Assembly (NCBI GenBank): GCA_028710695.1
Contig: JAQTTP010000006.1
Location: 1 to 32,000 of the forward strand
DNA from: Candidatus Iainarchaeum sp.
GTDB lineage: Archaea > Iainarchaeota > Iainarchaeia > Iainarchaeales > 0-14-0-20-30-16
Reading direction: 5' to 3'
Length of the DNA: 32,000 bases
The notes under the pieces were generated by a model. The model worked only from the letters and a program-made list of their open reading frames with translations. It made no database searches and was not told where the DNA came from. Of the stretch, positions 1 to 8,602 are shown piece after piece; within the stretch, counting starts at the first letter, position 1; the number at the start of each line of letters is the position of its first letter. The translations under genes were made by a program, and so were the position numbers.

Positions 1-882
1 ATTATTTCTAACAATGAATTTCATTTCATAACGTAAATCTGGCTTATCAGAACCATAAGTTTTTACTGCTTCATCGTATTTCATTCTTGGGAAAGGGACT
101 TTTAAGTTTATTCCCTTTATATCTTTGCAAATTCTCTTCATCATGCCCTCTAATAGGTTCATAACGTCTTCTTCTTTTATGAATGACATTTCTAGGTCTA
201 TTTGTGTGAATTCTGGCTGCCTATCTGCCCTTAAGTCCTCATCTCTAAAGCATCTGGCAACTTGGAAGTACTTATTCATCCCAGAAACCATCAAAATCTG
301 CTTGTAAAGCTGTGGGCTTTGTGGTAGAGCATAGAACTTGCCTTTGTTTACTCTTGAAGGAACTAGATAGTCTCTTGCCCCCTCTGGTGTGCTTTTCCCT
401 AAATAAGGGGTTTCAATCTCGTTAAATCCGCTTTCATATAAGAAATCTCTAATGACTTTTGTTGTTTTTGACCTTAATAGAAGGTTCTTTTGCATTTCTT
501 CTGTTCTTAAGTATAAATATCTGTATTTTTGGATTGTTTCTTCGGTGGGATTTATTTCTTTGATGTTTTTATTAGTGAAGGGCAAATCTTTAGCGATTGA
601 GTGAACTATTACTTCTTTTGCAACAAGCTCAAACTTTGTTTTATCATCCGCCTTTTGCTTTAATTCTCCTGTAAAAGATAGGCAGGATTCATCTGTAACG
701 TTTTTTAGGGATTCTAGTATTTTTTGGTCCTTAATTACCACTTGGATTTTGCCTGAAATGTCTCTTAGCTCAATAAATCCGATTTTTCCAAGTAATCTTG
801 CGGTGTTTACCCAGCCATTAACAGTTATGTCTTTGTTAAGGTTCTTTTCTTCGCTTGTTAGCTCCAAAATAGTTTTATTCAC
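1..882 (-). CDS. aspS: Aspartyl-tRNA synthetase, bacterial-type (partial, 3' end beyond window)
   Basis: Minus-strand frame is open from a GTG at 880-882 to the window edge. It translates to VNKTILELTSEEKNLNKDITVNGWVNTARLLGKIGFIELRDISGKIQVVI...STPEGARDYLVPSRVNKGKFYALPQSPQLYKQILMVSGMNKYFQVARCFRDEDLRADRQPEFTQIDLEMSF...YGSDKPDLRYEM. These are hallmark class IIb AspRS motifs of the bacterial type. The ORF track did not list it because it runs off the edge. Confidence 0.95.
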   Translation of the reverse strand, partial: MNKTILELTSEEKNLNKDITVNGWVNTARLLGKIGFIELRDISGKIQVVIKDQKILESLKNVTDESCLSFTGELKQKADDKTKFELVAKEVIVHSIAKDLPFTNKNIKEINPTEETIQKYRYLYLRTEEMQKNLLLRSKTTKVIRDFLYESGFNEIETPYLGKSTPEGARDYLVPSRVNKGKFYALPQSPQLYKQILMVSGMNKYFQVARCFRDEDLRADRQPEFTQIDLEMSFIKEEDVMNLLEGMMKRICKDIKGINLKVPFPRMKYDEAVKTYGSDKPDLRYEMKFIVRNN

Positions 883-1109
883 TATAATTCCCCCGATTAT
901 ACATATATAATATATAGACTATTTAAATAAATTACCTCGGCCAGTAGGTGCCAAATCCGTTCCTGAGTTTCTTTGAATTGATGTTTTTTGATCTATTATT
1001 TGCCTTGTATTTGTCTTTTAGTTAAGTATGCTTGAACCCACGGTTCAACATACACTTTTGGCAGACCGTGCCTTTTTGTAAAAGGCTGGCATGAGACAAA
1101 TACTTTTAA

Positions 1110-1135
1110 GTATTTCCCTATAAACTATATTTATC
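1110..1135 (+). promoter_or_regulatory. Probable TATA/BRE promoter for tRNA-His
   Basis: CCCTATAAACTATATTTATC lies roughly 25-40 nt upstream of the tRNA 5' end. Confidence 0.5.
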
Positions 1136-1154
1136 TAATACTTTAGAACTGTAT

Positions 1155-1228
1155 GGCTGGGGTCGTCCAGTTGGTTAGGATAGGGGACTGTGGATCCCCT
1201 GACCCGGGTTCAAATCCCGGCCCCGGCC
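1155..1228 (+). tRNA. tRNA-His (anticodon GTG)
   Basis: Folded by hand: acceptor GCTGGGG/CCCCGGC, anticodon stem GGGGA-CTGTGGA-TCCCC, T arm CCGGG-TTCAAAT-CCCGG. An encoded G at 1155 can serve as G-1 pairing with C73 at 1228, the tRNA-His identity element. No encoded CCA. Confidence 0.95.
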
Positions 1229-1293
1229 CTCTTATTTTCTCTTTATAAGCTTTTGTCATTTGCCTTTATAATCCTATTTTTAGTATATAAAAT

Positions 1294-2283
1294 ATGGCAA
1301 ATTATCAGATTCTTGTTGAAAATATGTCAAAGACATTTTGGGTACCGGATAAGGTAGAAGGATTTCTTCCAAAAATAAAAAACATTTTCTGGAAAAAGAA
1401 AAAAGACAAAAAGGCAATACAAAATGTATCTTTTTCAATAAAACGTGGTGAACTTGTTGGCTATATTGGTGAAAATGGGTCTGGGAAGTCTACTACTATA
1501 AAAATGCTTGTTGGTATTTATCCTCCAACTTCTGGAAAAATAACTTGTTTAGGAAAGGATCCTTTTGAAGAAAGATTAAAATATGTAAAAGATATTGGGG
1601 TTGTTTTTGGAAATAGAAGTTTGTTAACTTTTGATATCGCCCCCAAATATTCTCTTGATTTGTATGCTGCAATTTACGATATCCCTGCAAAAAAAGCAAT
1701 AGATATATACACAAAATTTGCAAAAAAACTCAAAGTTGACCACTTATTGGATGTTCCAGTAAGAAAATTGTCTCTCGGAGAAAGAATGAAGTTTGAAATA
1801 ATTGCATCTTTGTTACATAATCCAAAAATAATTTTCTTGGATGAGCCCACTATTGGATTAGATTTATTGGCAAGAGAAGAAATGATTCAATTCTTAAAAA
1901 AAGTAAATGAACAAAATAAAACAACAATATTTTTAACAACACACAATATGGATGACATTGAAGAATTATGTAATAGAGTAATTATTGTTGATGACGGAAA
2001 AAAAGTGTATGACGGTCCAATAAAAAAAGTAAAACAAGCATATGCCAATTGGAAGAGAATAACCATTGTTTTTAGAAATAAATTTAAGCCCTTTGTGCAT
2101 AGATTTCCAGTTTTTGAAAAAAGAAAAGACTATCTGCAGTTCAAATGCCCAAATGACAAATTAAAACAAACAATCTCGCAAGTAGTAGATTGTTTTGATA
2201 TTATTGATCTGAAAATAGAAGAACCACAACTGAAAGAAATTGTAAAGAAAATCTATAAAGAAAAGATGGTGAAAGTTAAATGA
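1294..2283 (+). CDS. ABC-2 type exporter ATP-binding protein (COG4586-like)
   Basis: Walker A GENGSGKST, signature LSLGERMKFE, Walker B IIFLDEPTIGLD, H-loop TTHN. The N-terminal extension and the 'GVVFGNRSLLTFDI' segment are typical of this subfamily. Confidence 0.93.
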   Translation: MANYQILVENMSKTFWVPDKVEGFLPKIKNIFWKKKKDKKAIQNVSFSIKRGELVGYIGENGSGKSTTIKMLVGIYPPTSGKITCLGKDPFEERLKYVKDIGVVFGNRSLLTFDIAPKYSLDLYAAIYDIPAKKAIDIYTKFAKKLKVDHLLDVPVRKLSLGERMKFEIIASLLHNPKIIFLDEPTIGLDLLAREEMIQFLKKVNEQNKTTIFLTTHNMDDIEELCNRVIIVDDGKKVYDGPIKKVKQAYANWKRITIVFRNKFKPFVHRFPVFEKRKDYLQFKCPNDKLKQTISQVVDCFDIIDLKIEEPQLKEIVKKIYKEKMVKVK

Positions 2284-3053
2284 GTATATTTAAGTTTAGA
2301 GTTTTTAAGGAATATTTTTTACAAACCTTTAGAGCCTGGGCAGAATATCCTCTAAATTTTGGAATTAGTTTGTTTTGGCCACTTTTTTCTTTGATAGTAT
2401 CATACTTTTTTTGGAGTATTGTTTTTAATACTGGGCAAGTTTTAAACTACAATGTTGAAAAAATGGTGTTGTATTATTTATTTTCTCTAGGCCTGTTTTA
2501 TGATTTTAATTTTGTAAGTTATCTGCGTAGGAAAATTATTGATGGAAGTATAACAAATATATTAGTACGAAAAACTTCTTTGGCAGAATATTTAATTTAT
2601 TGTTGTTTGTCCAGTTTTGCAATTTGGATGCTTGTTCCAATTTTTATTGTCTTAATTGTTGGGCTTTATTATTTGGGAATTAGTGCAATATTTGGATTGT
2701 TTATTTTTTTCTTTGGCTTAATTTTAGGTTGTTTGGTGTATTCTATTCTAATATCTACTTCGTTTTGGATAGGAGACAATTTTTCAATAATTCATATATT
2801 GGATGAATTTGTAGGTCTTACATCGGGGTCCTTTTTGCCCTTAGATCTTTTTCCCTCTATATTTTATACAATATCGGTTAATTATTTGCCATTTAATTTA
2901 ATGTTCTTTACTCCTGCAAAAGTATTTTTAGGGGATATGGCAATAACTTGGATTTTAATTGCTAAATATATACTTTGGATTGTTGCTTTGTATCTTGTCT
3001 TAAGATTTATGATTAAAAGAGGTCTTAGGAGATATGAACAATTGGGTGGTTAA
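2280..3053 (+). CDS. ABC-2 type exporter permease, subunit 1
   Basis: Multi-TM protein whose start overlaps the ATPase stop (ATGA); ends with the family-typical RGLRRYE tail. Confidence 0.85.
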   Translation: MSIFKFRVFKEYFLQTFRAWAEYPLNFGISLFWPLFSLIVSYFFWSIVFNTGQVLNYNVEKMVLYYLFSLGLFYDFNFVSYLRRKIIDGSITNILVRKTSLAEYLIYCCLSSFAIWMLVPIFIVLIVGLYYLGISAIFGLFIFFFGLILGCLVYSILISTSFWIGDNFSIIHILDEFVGLTSGSFLPLDLFPSIFYTISVNYLPFNLMFFTPAKVFLGDMAITWILIAKYILWIVALYLVLRFMIKRGLRRYEQLGG

Positions 3054-3836
3054 TTGGCTATATTCAGAATATTGTGGAACAACTTTAGAAATGAATTTTA
3101 TAAACTTTGGGAATACCGAGTTAATGTTTTTATGTTTCCAGTTTTGGAATTAATTTATTTAGGGATAGAAATACTGTCTTTATATGTGATTTTTTTGTAT
3201 GTGCCCGACGTTTTGGGGCTAACATTTTATGATCTTTCATTATATGTAACTATTTCAAATGCAAGCATAATGGCAATATCTGGATTTGGTATTTGGATTA
3301 TACAATCAGTTACTTCCGGTAGTTTGAATAATTTGCTGATTCGCCCCGCAAATGAACTTTTATTAATGACTGAATTTAATTTATATGGGATAATGAGTAC
3401 TGTTTTTTCAGTTATTTTATTAATCGTTTTGTGTATTATTTTCCCCCAGAAAATTACTTTTTTAAATTTTATTTTAATGTCAATAACTCTAATTATTTCA
3501 TTACCCCTATTTTTGTTACCAGTACTTACAATTAGATCTTTGTCATTTTGGTTTGGGCCTGTTTATCCATTAGAAAGTGCATTTAGGTCGATTACTCAAA
3601 GTTTTCGTGAGTACCCTATGATAATCTTATCCCGTGTTTTCTTTGTTGTTTTTGTTTCTATTACCCCCGTGGGATATCTTGGTTGGTATTTATCTTTAAT
3701 GATTCTTATTGGAAAAGTTTCTTATTCTTGGATGCTTTGGATGTGGCTGTTGACAATTGTTCTTGATGTCCTTATGTGGTTTGTGTTTAGATTTGTTTAC
3801 AAAAGAGGATTAAGAAGATATGAGGGTTTCGCATGA
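3054..3836 (+). CDS. ABC-2 type exporter permease, subunit 2
   Basis: Multi-TM protein starting immediately after the previous stop (TTG start as given by the ORF track); same KRGLRRYE C-terminal signature. Confidence 0.85.
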   Translation: MAIFRILWNNFRNEFYKLWEYRVNVFMFPVLELIYLGIEILSLYVIFLYVPDVLGLTFYDLSLYVTISNASIMAISGFGIWIIQSVTSGSLNNLLIRPANELLLMTEFNLYGIMSTVFSVILLIVLCIIFPQKITFLNFILMSITLIISLPLFLLPVLTIRSLSFWFGPVYPLESAFRSITQSFREYPMIILSRVFFVVFVSITPVGYLGWYLSLMILIGKVSYSWMLWMWLLTIVLDVLMWFVFRFVYKRGLRRYEGFA

Positions 3837-4450
3837 GATCAAACGCAAAAAATATGTGGGTAGTAAAAACTGAAAGACCTGAAGAGATTTATAAAAATCC
3901 GGAAATCTTTTACACAAAAGAGGAAGCAGAAAGATACTCAAATTCAAGTGGTATGAAAAATACCCAACACAAAATTGCAAAAAGAGTTTTGCAACTTCTT
4001 GAAATTGAAAATGGAAAAGGAAAGACTCTACTTGATCTTGGTTGCGGAACAGGAAATACTCTTGAAGTCTTTGAAGAGTCTGAGTTTAATTGTGTTGGCT
4101 TAGATATCTCAAAAGAGATGCTTAAGTTTGCAAAAGAAAAAGGCTTTAAGACTAAGCAAGGTAGCATAACAGAATTGCATAAATTTTTCCCTATAAGCAA
4201 GTTTGATTTTGTAATTTCTATTTCTGCTTTGCAATGGCTTAAAGAAAAAAAAGAATACCAAAAAGCAATTAGTTCTATCTCTTGGGTTTTGAAAAAAAAC
4301 GGAAAATGTGTAATTCAATTTTATCCCGGGACAGAAAAAGAATTAGAACTTGTAAGAAATGTTATCTTGGATGCGGGTTATACACTAGAAACTATTATTG
4401 ATAACCCTGATAACCCAAGAAAGAGATTGGTGTTCTTGGTGTTTTACTGA
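3833..4450 (+). CDS. SAM-dependent methyltransferase, Bud23 (18S rRNA guanine-N7 methyltransferase)-like
   Basis: ATGA overlap with the permease. Contains PEIFYTKEEAERYSNSSGMKNTQ, LLDLGCGTGNTLEVF (motif I), VGLDISKEML, FDFVISISALQWL, QFYPGTEKELELV. This motif series is characteristic of the Bud23/WBSCR22 family. Confidence 0.8.
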   Translation: MRSNAKNMWVVKTERPEEIYKNPEIFYTKEEAERYSNSSGMKNTQHKIAKRVLQLLEIENGKGKTLLDLGCGTGNTLEVFEESEFNCVGLDISKEMLKFAKEKGFKTKQGSITELHKFFPISKFDFVISISALQWLKEKKEYQKAISSISWVLKKNGKCVIQFYPGTEKELELVRNVILDAGYTLETIIDNPDNPRKRLVFLVFY

Positions 4451-4459
4451 TTTTATTTT

Positions 4460-4666
4460 TTATGCTTTTTTGACTACGTGGGCAATTACGGATATTGCAA
4501 ATAATATTACAAATACTAATGCTAACCATTTTGCAATTGTATATGATGTTCCAGAAATATTTCCAAATCCAAGTATTCCCGCAATAATTGCAATAACTAA
4601 AAATACTATTGCAAAAAACAGCCACGTTCCAAAACCCTTCTCATTCATTTTATTTTTTTCGTCCAT
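4460..4666 (-). CDS. DUF1328-like small membrane protein
   Basis: 68 aa. [51 protein letters not shown] resembles the DUF1328/YtjA two-helix pattern (xxALIFLIIALIAGVLGFGGIAGxxxxIAKILFxIFLVLFxISLV). Convergent with the upstream methyltransferase. Confidence 0.75.
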   Translation of the reverse strand: MDEKNKMNEKGFGTWLFFAIVFLVIAIIAGILGFGNISGTSYTIAKWLALVFVILFAISVIAHVVKKA

Positions 4667-4746
4667 TATAATCTATTGTATGGTGGAGCTTATATGAGGG
4701 TTGGAGTAATTTGTTGTGTTTTCTCTGTTTTTTGGTGTTTTACTAA

Positions 4747-5475
4747 TTATTTCTTTGCATTCTCCCAAACATCTTCAAAGAATTCTTTGTAGCCTTTTGC
4801 ATTTTCTGCTGAATTTATTACAAAAGCAGTTGGCTTTTCTCCCCAAACAAAAGTCATGATTGAATCTTTGTAAATGTAAATTCCAGTAGGTAACTTTATA
4901 CTTGTGTATCTTGGATGCATTCCTGTGTAAAGGTGATGTTTTTCTATTACTTTTTTTGATTTTGTGTCAAAAATAAGTCTTGCAGTAATTCCTCTTTTCA
5001 TTCTTCTGTGATGATAATGATAAAAAAACTTTTTTACATCATCTTGACCCAAAACAGTATTAAAACCAAGAACAAAGTATTCTCCTTTGTCCCCCACGGA
5101 GTCTAGCATTTTATCAAAAGCAGCATTAACTCCTTTTATGCCCTCATAAACTTCTGCTGTTTGGGATTTTTCTACTGTATTGTATTTTTGCTTTAGCTCT
5201 GCAATTGCTTCTTCTGCAACTTTTTCTTTTTCTTTTACAAAATCTAACAAGGCATCTGGGCTAGATGGCTGGAAATATTTTACACTTGATTTTAAAATAA
5301 AGCTTACAAGTCCCTTTTCAATGAGCTTGTCTAATGTTTCGTAGATCTTACAATTAGGGATTTCTGAGCGTTTTGATAATGGGCCTGTTGTTGTGGAGCC
5401 CAGTACTAATAATGCAAGGTAAACCTTGATTTCTCTTTCGGTTAGCCCCAAATTTAGAAGTAGTTCTTTTTCCAT
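4747..5475 (-). CDS. TrmB-family transcriptional regulator (paralog 1)
   Basis: wHTH N-terminus MEKELLLNLGLTEREIKVYLALLVLGSTTTGPLSKRSEIPNCKIYETLDKLIEKGLV followed by a coiled coil and effector domain (YEGIKGVNAAFD...). The start is refined to the internal ATG at 5475; the ORF track extends to 5577. Confidence 0.9.
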   Translation of the reverse strand: MEKELLLNLGLTEREIKVYLALLVLGSTTTGPLSKRSEIPNCKIYETLDKLIEKGLVSFILKSSVKYFQPSSPDALLDFVKEKEKVAEEAIAELKQKYNTVEKSQTAEVYEGIKGVNAAFDKMLDSVGDKGEYFVLGFNTVLGQDDVKKFFYHYHHRRMKRGITARLIFDTKSKKVIEKHHLYTGMHPRYTSIKLPTGIYIYKDSIMTFVWGEKPTAFVINSAENAKGYKEFFEDVWENAKK

Positions 5476-5514
5476 GATAAGTAAATGATTGATTATCTTT
5501 ATAAATTGCTTGTT

Positions 5515-5535
5515 TTTACTGCCAACGGTGGTAAA
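5515..5535. promoter_or_regulatory. Candidate operator (imperfect palindrome) between the TrmB-like gene and the importer operon
   Basis: TTTACTGCCAACGGTGGTAAA: 5-bp outer arms TTTAC/GTAAA plus inner CC/GG, about 6 nt upstream of TATATAT at 5541. Confidence 0.4.
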
Positions 5536-5597
5536 TGCAGTATATATCAAACGAAGGATCAAGGTATTATTATGCACACATATTGTGAGGTGGATAT

Positions 5598-6584
5598 ATG
5601 AAAGTTAATTTGAAAATTATAATTGGAATTGTGGTAGTTTGTGTAATTGCAGCAATAATTTTAGCAACAAGTCTAACTGCAAAAGGTAGTGAAGTAGTGA
5701 AGTTTGGATATTTGCCTGTAGTTCAAGGTTCTCCATTATATCTTGCTGTAGAAGAAGGATATTTTGAAGAGGTGGGTATAGAAGTAGAATTGACAAGTTT
5801 TGATTCTCCAAACCAAATAATTGATGCTTTTTTACAAGGTCAAATTGATATTGGGCCGCCAAGTATTGCCGCAGGAATAACTGGAATTGCAGAAACAAAG
5901 AACCCCGGGAAAATGAAAATATATGCTTTGGCAGGCGGAGATAAAAATAATGGTGCTGCAAATCTTTTTGTAACGCCAGATAGTGAAATAAAAGAGATAT
6001 CAGAATTAAAAGGAAAGAAAGTTGGTATCCTTGGTGGAACTATACAATGGAGAACAATTGCAAGAGAAATTTTTGCACAAAACGGATTGGACATGGATAA
6101 AGACCTAATAATATTTGAACTTGCGCCAGGATTACAAGTGCAGGCATTAGCATCAAAACAGATTGACGCATTGCTTGCATTAGAACCAGTTTCAACTGTT
6201 GTAAAAAATAAAGGTGTTGGAAAAATATTGGTTTCTGCGCCCTGTGAAAAGTTAATTGCTGAACCATTTTATGCTGGTGCGGGAGTAATAAGTACAAAAT
6301 TTTTGAAAGAGAGTCCTGAAACAGCAAAAAAAGTAATTGAGATTATGGAAAAAGCAATAAAAGCAATAAAGGAAGATCCAGAACTTGAAAGAAAGTATTT
6401 GAGTAAGTATACATCAGTTGATGATGTTCTTGCACAAAAAGTTCCAAATACGATATTCAAAATGTATTCTGAATTTGATGAAAAAGATTTTGAAGCAGTT
6501 CAAAAGTTTTATGACATTTTCAAAAAATATAATGTTGTAGACTCGGAAATAAATTTCAAAAATTTTGTTTATACAGAAAACTAA
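5598..6584 (+). CDS. NitT/TauT-type ABC transporter substrate-binding protein (SsuA/TauA/ThiY-like)
   Basis: N-terminal membrane anchor, then VVKFGYLPVVQGSPLYLAVEEGYFEEVGIEVELTSFDSPNQIIDAFLQGQIDIG...; GTGAGGTG Shine-Dalgarno-like sequence ahead of ATG. Confidence 0.9.
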   Translation: MKVNLKIIIGIVVVCVIAAIILATSLTAKGSEVVKFGYLPVVQGSPLYLAVEEGYFEEVGIEVELTSFDSPNQIIDAFLQGQIDIGPPSIAAGITGIAETKNPGKMKIYALAGGDKNNGAANLFVTPDSEIKEISELKGKKVGILGGTIQWRTIAREIFAQNGLDMDKDLIIFELAPGLQVQALASKQIDALLALEPVSTVVKNKGVGKILVSAPCEKLIAEPFYAGAGVISTKFLKESPETAKKVIEIMEKAIKAIKEDPELERKYLSKYTSVDDVLAQKVPNTIFKMYSEFDEKDFEAVQKFYDIFKKYNVVDSEINFKNFVYTEN

Positions 6585-6601
6585 AAGCAAAGGGTGATGT
6601 T

Positions 6602-7351
6602 ATGCATTTCCACATTCAAATGAAAGATCTTGAAAAAAGATACGGGCCTGAAAAAATAATTGATAACATTACAACCAACATTGCAAAAAATACAATTACT
6701 GCAATTGTTGGTCCAAATGGATGTGGAAAAACAACATTACTAAACATACTTTCTGGGTTGGATAATAACTATGGCGGGGATTACACAATAAAAAGCCCAG
6801 ATTCAAACTCAATGAGTTACATCTTCCAGAATTATCGTGATTCTTTGTTGCCTTGGAGGACAAATTACAAAAATATAACCTTGCCTCTGGAAATTCAGGG
6901 TTATTCAAAAAAAGAAATTGCGGACAAAGTTGAAGAAATGAAAAACCTTGGGCTTGAATTTGATCCCAATCAATATTCATATAATTTAAGTGGCGGGCAA
7001 CAACAAATGCTTGCTTTTACAAGGGCAGTAATAAACAACCCCAAATTGCTTTTTATTGATGAGCCTTTTTCTGCATTGGATTATGAAAACAATTTGAAGC
7101 TTAGAGATCATTTACAAAAATATTATCTGAAATATAAGCCAACGATTGTTATGATAACGCACAATCTGGAGGAAGCAGTTCACCTGGCGAATAATATTAT
7201 TGTGTTATCAAAAAAGCCAACAAGAATAGCAAAGATAATAGAAAATCAAGCCCCCTATCCTAGAAATTTGGATTATCTGAAATCTGATGAATTTAATAAA
7301 GTAAAATCACAAGTATTTTCTGCGTTCCAGGATACAGTGATAAAAACATGA
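6602..7351 (+). CDS. NitT/TauT-type ABC transporter ATP-binding protein
   Basis: Walker A GPNGCGKTT, Q-loop FQNYRDSLLPWR, signature LSGGQQQM, Walker B LLFIDEPFSALD, H-loop ITHN. Confidence 0.93.
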   Translation: MHFHIQMKDLEKRYGPEKIIDNITTNIAKNTITAIVGPNGCGKTTLLNILSGLDNNYGGDYTIKSPDSNSMSYIFQNYRDSLLPWRTNYKNITLPLEIQGYSKKEIADKVEEMKNLGLEFDPNQYSYNLSGGQQQMLAFTRAVINNPKLLFIDEPFSALDYENNLKLRDHLQKYYLKYKPTIVMITHNLEEAVHLANNIIVLSKKPTRIAKIIENQAPYPRNLDYLKSDEFNKVKSQVFSAFQDTVIKT

Positions 7352-8094
7352 AAAAAATATATTTTCTAATAGGCCCAATTGTTTTTATTGTGATTTGGGA
7401 ACTAGTTTATTTATCCCAGATAATTAATAATTTCTTTTTGCCATCTCCGCAAGAAGTATTTTTATCTTTAATTACTTTGTTTTCTTCTCTGTCAATATTT
7501 CTTGACTTGGGGATCACAGCACAAAGAGTGTTTATTTCTCTGACCTTAGCAATAATTATTGGTTTTCCTATTGGGCTTTTGTTAGGATATTATGAAAAAG
7601 TATATGCTTCTTTGGAAGTCTTGATTGATTTTTTTAGATCTATTCCGCCAATTGCTCTATTTCCCTTATTTGTACTAATTCTTGGAATAGGGGATAGCTC
7701 AAAAATCGGGGCTGCTATTTTTGCTGCTACTTTGTTAATAATATTTAATACTGCAAAAGGGATTATAAATACAAAGAAAACAAGAATTCTTGCAGCAAAG
7801 CTAATGGGTGCAACAAAGAAACAGATTTTTGGAAAAATCTTGCTGTGGGAAAGTCTACCACAAACAATAATTGGGCTAAGAACTGCGGCAAGTTTTTCAC
7901 TTGTTGTAATTGTGGCTACTGAAATGTTTATTGGCACATATGCAGGCTTGGGAAGAAGAATAATTGATTTTCAATATATCTACAATGTAAGTGGAATGTA
8001 TGCAGTAATCCTAATCACTGGCCTTTTCGGGTTTGCATTAAATTTTGTCTTTATTTGGTTAGAGAAAAGATATGTACACTGGTATGGGAAATGA
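7348..8094 (+). CDS. NitT/TauT-type ABC transporter permease
   Basis: ATGA overlap with the ATPase; EAA-like loop AAKLMGATKKQIFGKILLWESLPQTIIGLR; multi-TM BPD_transp_1-like protein. Confidence 0.92.
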   Translation: MKKIYFLIGPIVFIVIWELVYLSQIINNFFLPSPQEVFLSLITLFSSLSIFLDLGITAQRVFISLTLAIIIGFPIGLLLGYYEKVYASLEVLIDFFRSIPPIALFPLFVLILGIGDSSKIGAAIFAATLLIIFNTAKGIINTKKTRILAAKLMGATKKQIFGKILLWESLPQTIIGLRTAASFSLVVIVATEMFIGTYAGLGRRIIDFQYIYNVSGMYAVILITGLFGFALNFVFIWLEKRYVHWYGK

Positions 8095-8122
8095 ATTTAT
8101 ATTTCTTATACTTATTTGTTAC

Positions 8123-8599
8123 ATGGCATCTTTAACTATTAAACAAGCAAATAGAGAAAACCTAAAAGATCTTGATTTTATACGTGAGTGTAAGTTGCCT
8201 AAATTGCATGAAAAAAGATTTATATTTCAAGACAAAGGCAAATCAAATTATTATATTTTCTTTAAAGATGGAATTCCTGTTGGGCATGTTGATGTTATCT
8301 TTAAATCTAGAATAAAATATCATAAGTGTCCAGTCCTACAAGATCTTTATGTTAAAAAGTCTGAACGAAAGAAAGGCTTTGGTAAGAATATTTTGAACCA
8401 AGTAGGGAAGAAACTAAAGCCAATGGGCTACAAGTATATGGGCCTAGATGTAGAAAAAAAAGAACCAGGACTAAGAAAATTTTATGAATCTTGTGGCTTT
8501 AAAGTATATGGTGAGCCACATAGACAAATATGGATTGAGAAAGATAACAACAATAAAAAGATTTCTGCAATAATATTTCATTTGGGGCTGAAATTGTAG
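8123..8599 (+). CDS. GNAT-family N-acetyltransferase
   Basis: Acetyl-CoA-binding-like pattern VLQDLYVKKSERKKGFGKNILNQV...GLDVEKKEPGLRKFYESCGFKVYG. The start is placed at the internal ATG (MASLTIKQ). Confidence 0.85.
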   Translation: MASLTIKQANRENLKDLDFIRECKLPKLHEKRFIFQDKGKSNYYIFFKDGIPVGHVDVIFKSRIKYHKCPVLQDLYVKKSERKKGFGKNILNQVGKKLKPMGYKYMGLDVEKKEPGLRKFYESCGFKVYGEPHRQIWIEKDNNNKKISAIIFHLGLKL

Positions 8600-8602
8600 T
8601 TT

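Noticed and set aside
1496-1723. Minus-strand 75-aa ORF inside the exporter ATPase gene
   Set aside because: Antisense to a well-supported ATPase with all motifs; the composition is typical of shadow ORFs in AT-rich DNA.
4398-4697. Plus-strand 99-aa ORF antisense to the DUF1328-like gene
   Set aside because: The opposite-strand product matches a known small membrane family and this one shows no recognisable domain.
5598-8599. Idea that the importer plus GNAT gene is a biosynthetic or defence cluster
   Set aside because: These are standard NitT/TauT-type transporter components followed by a generic acetyltransferase; there is nothing to support defence or secondary metabolism.
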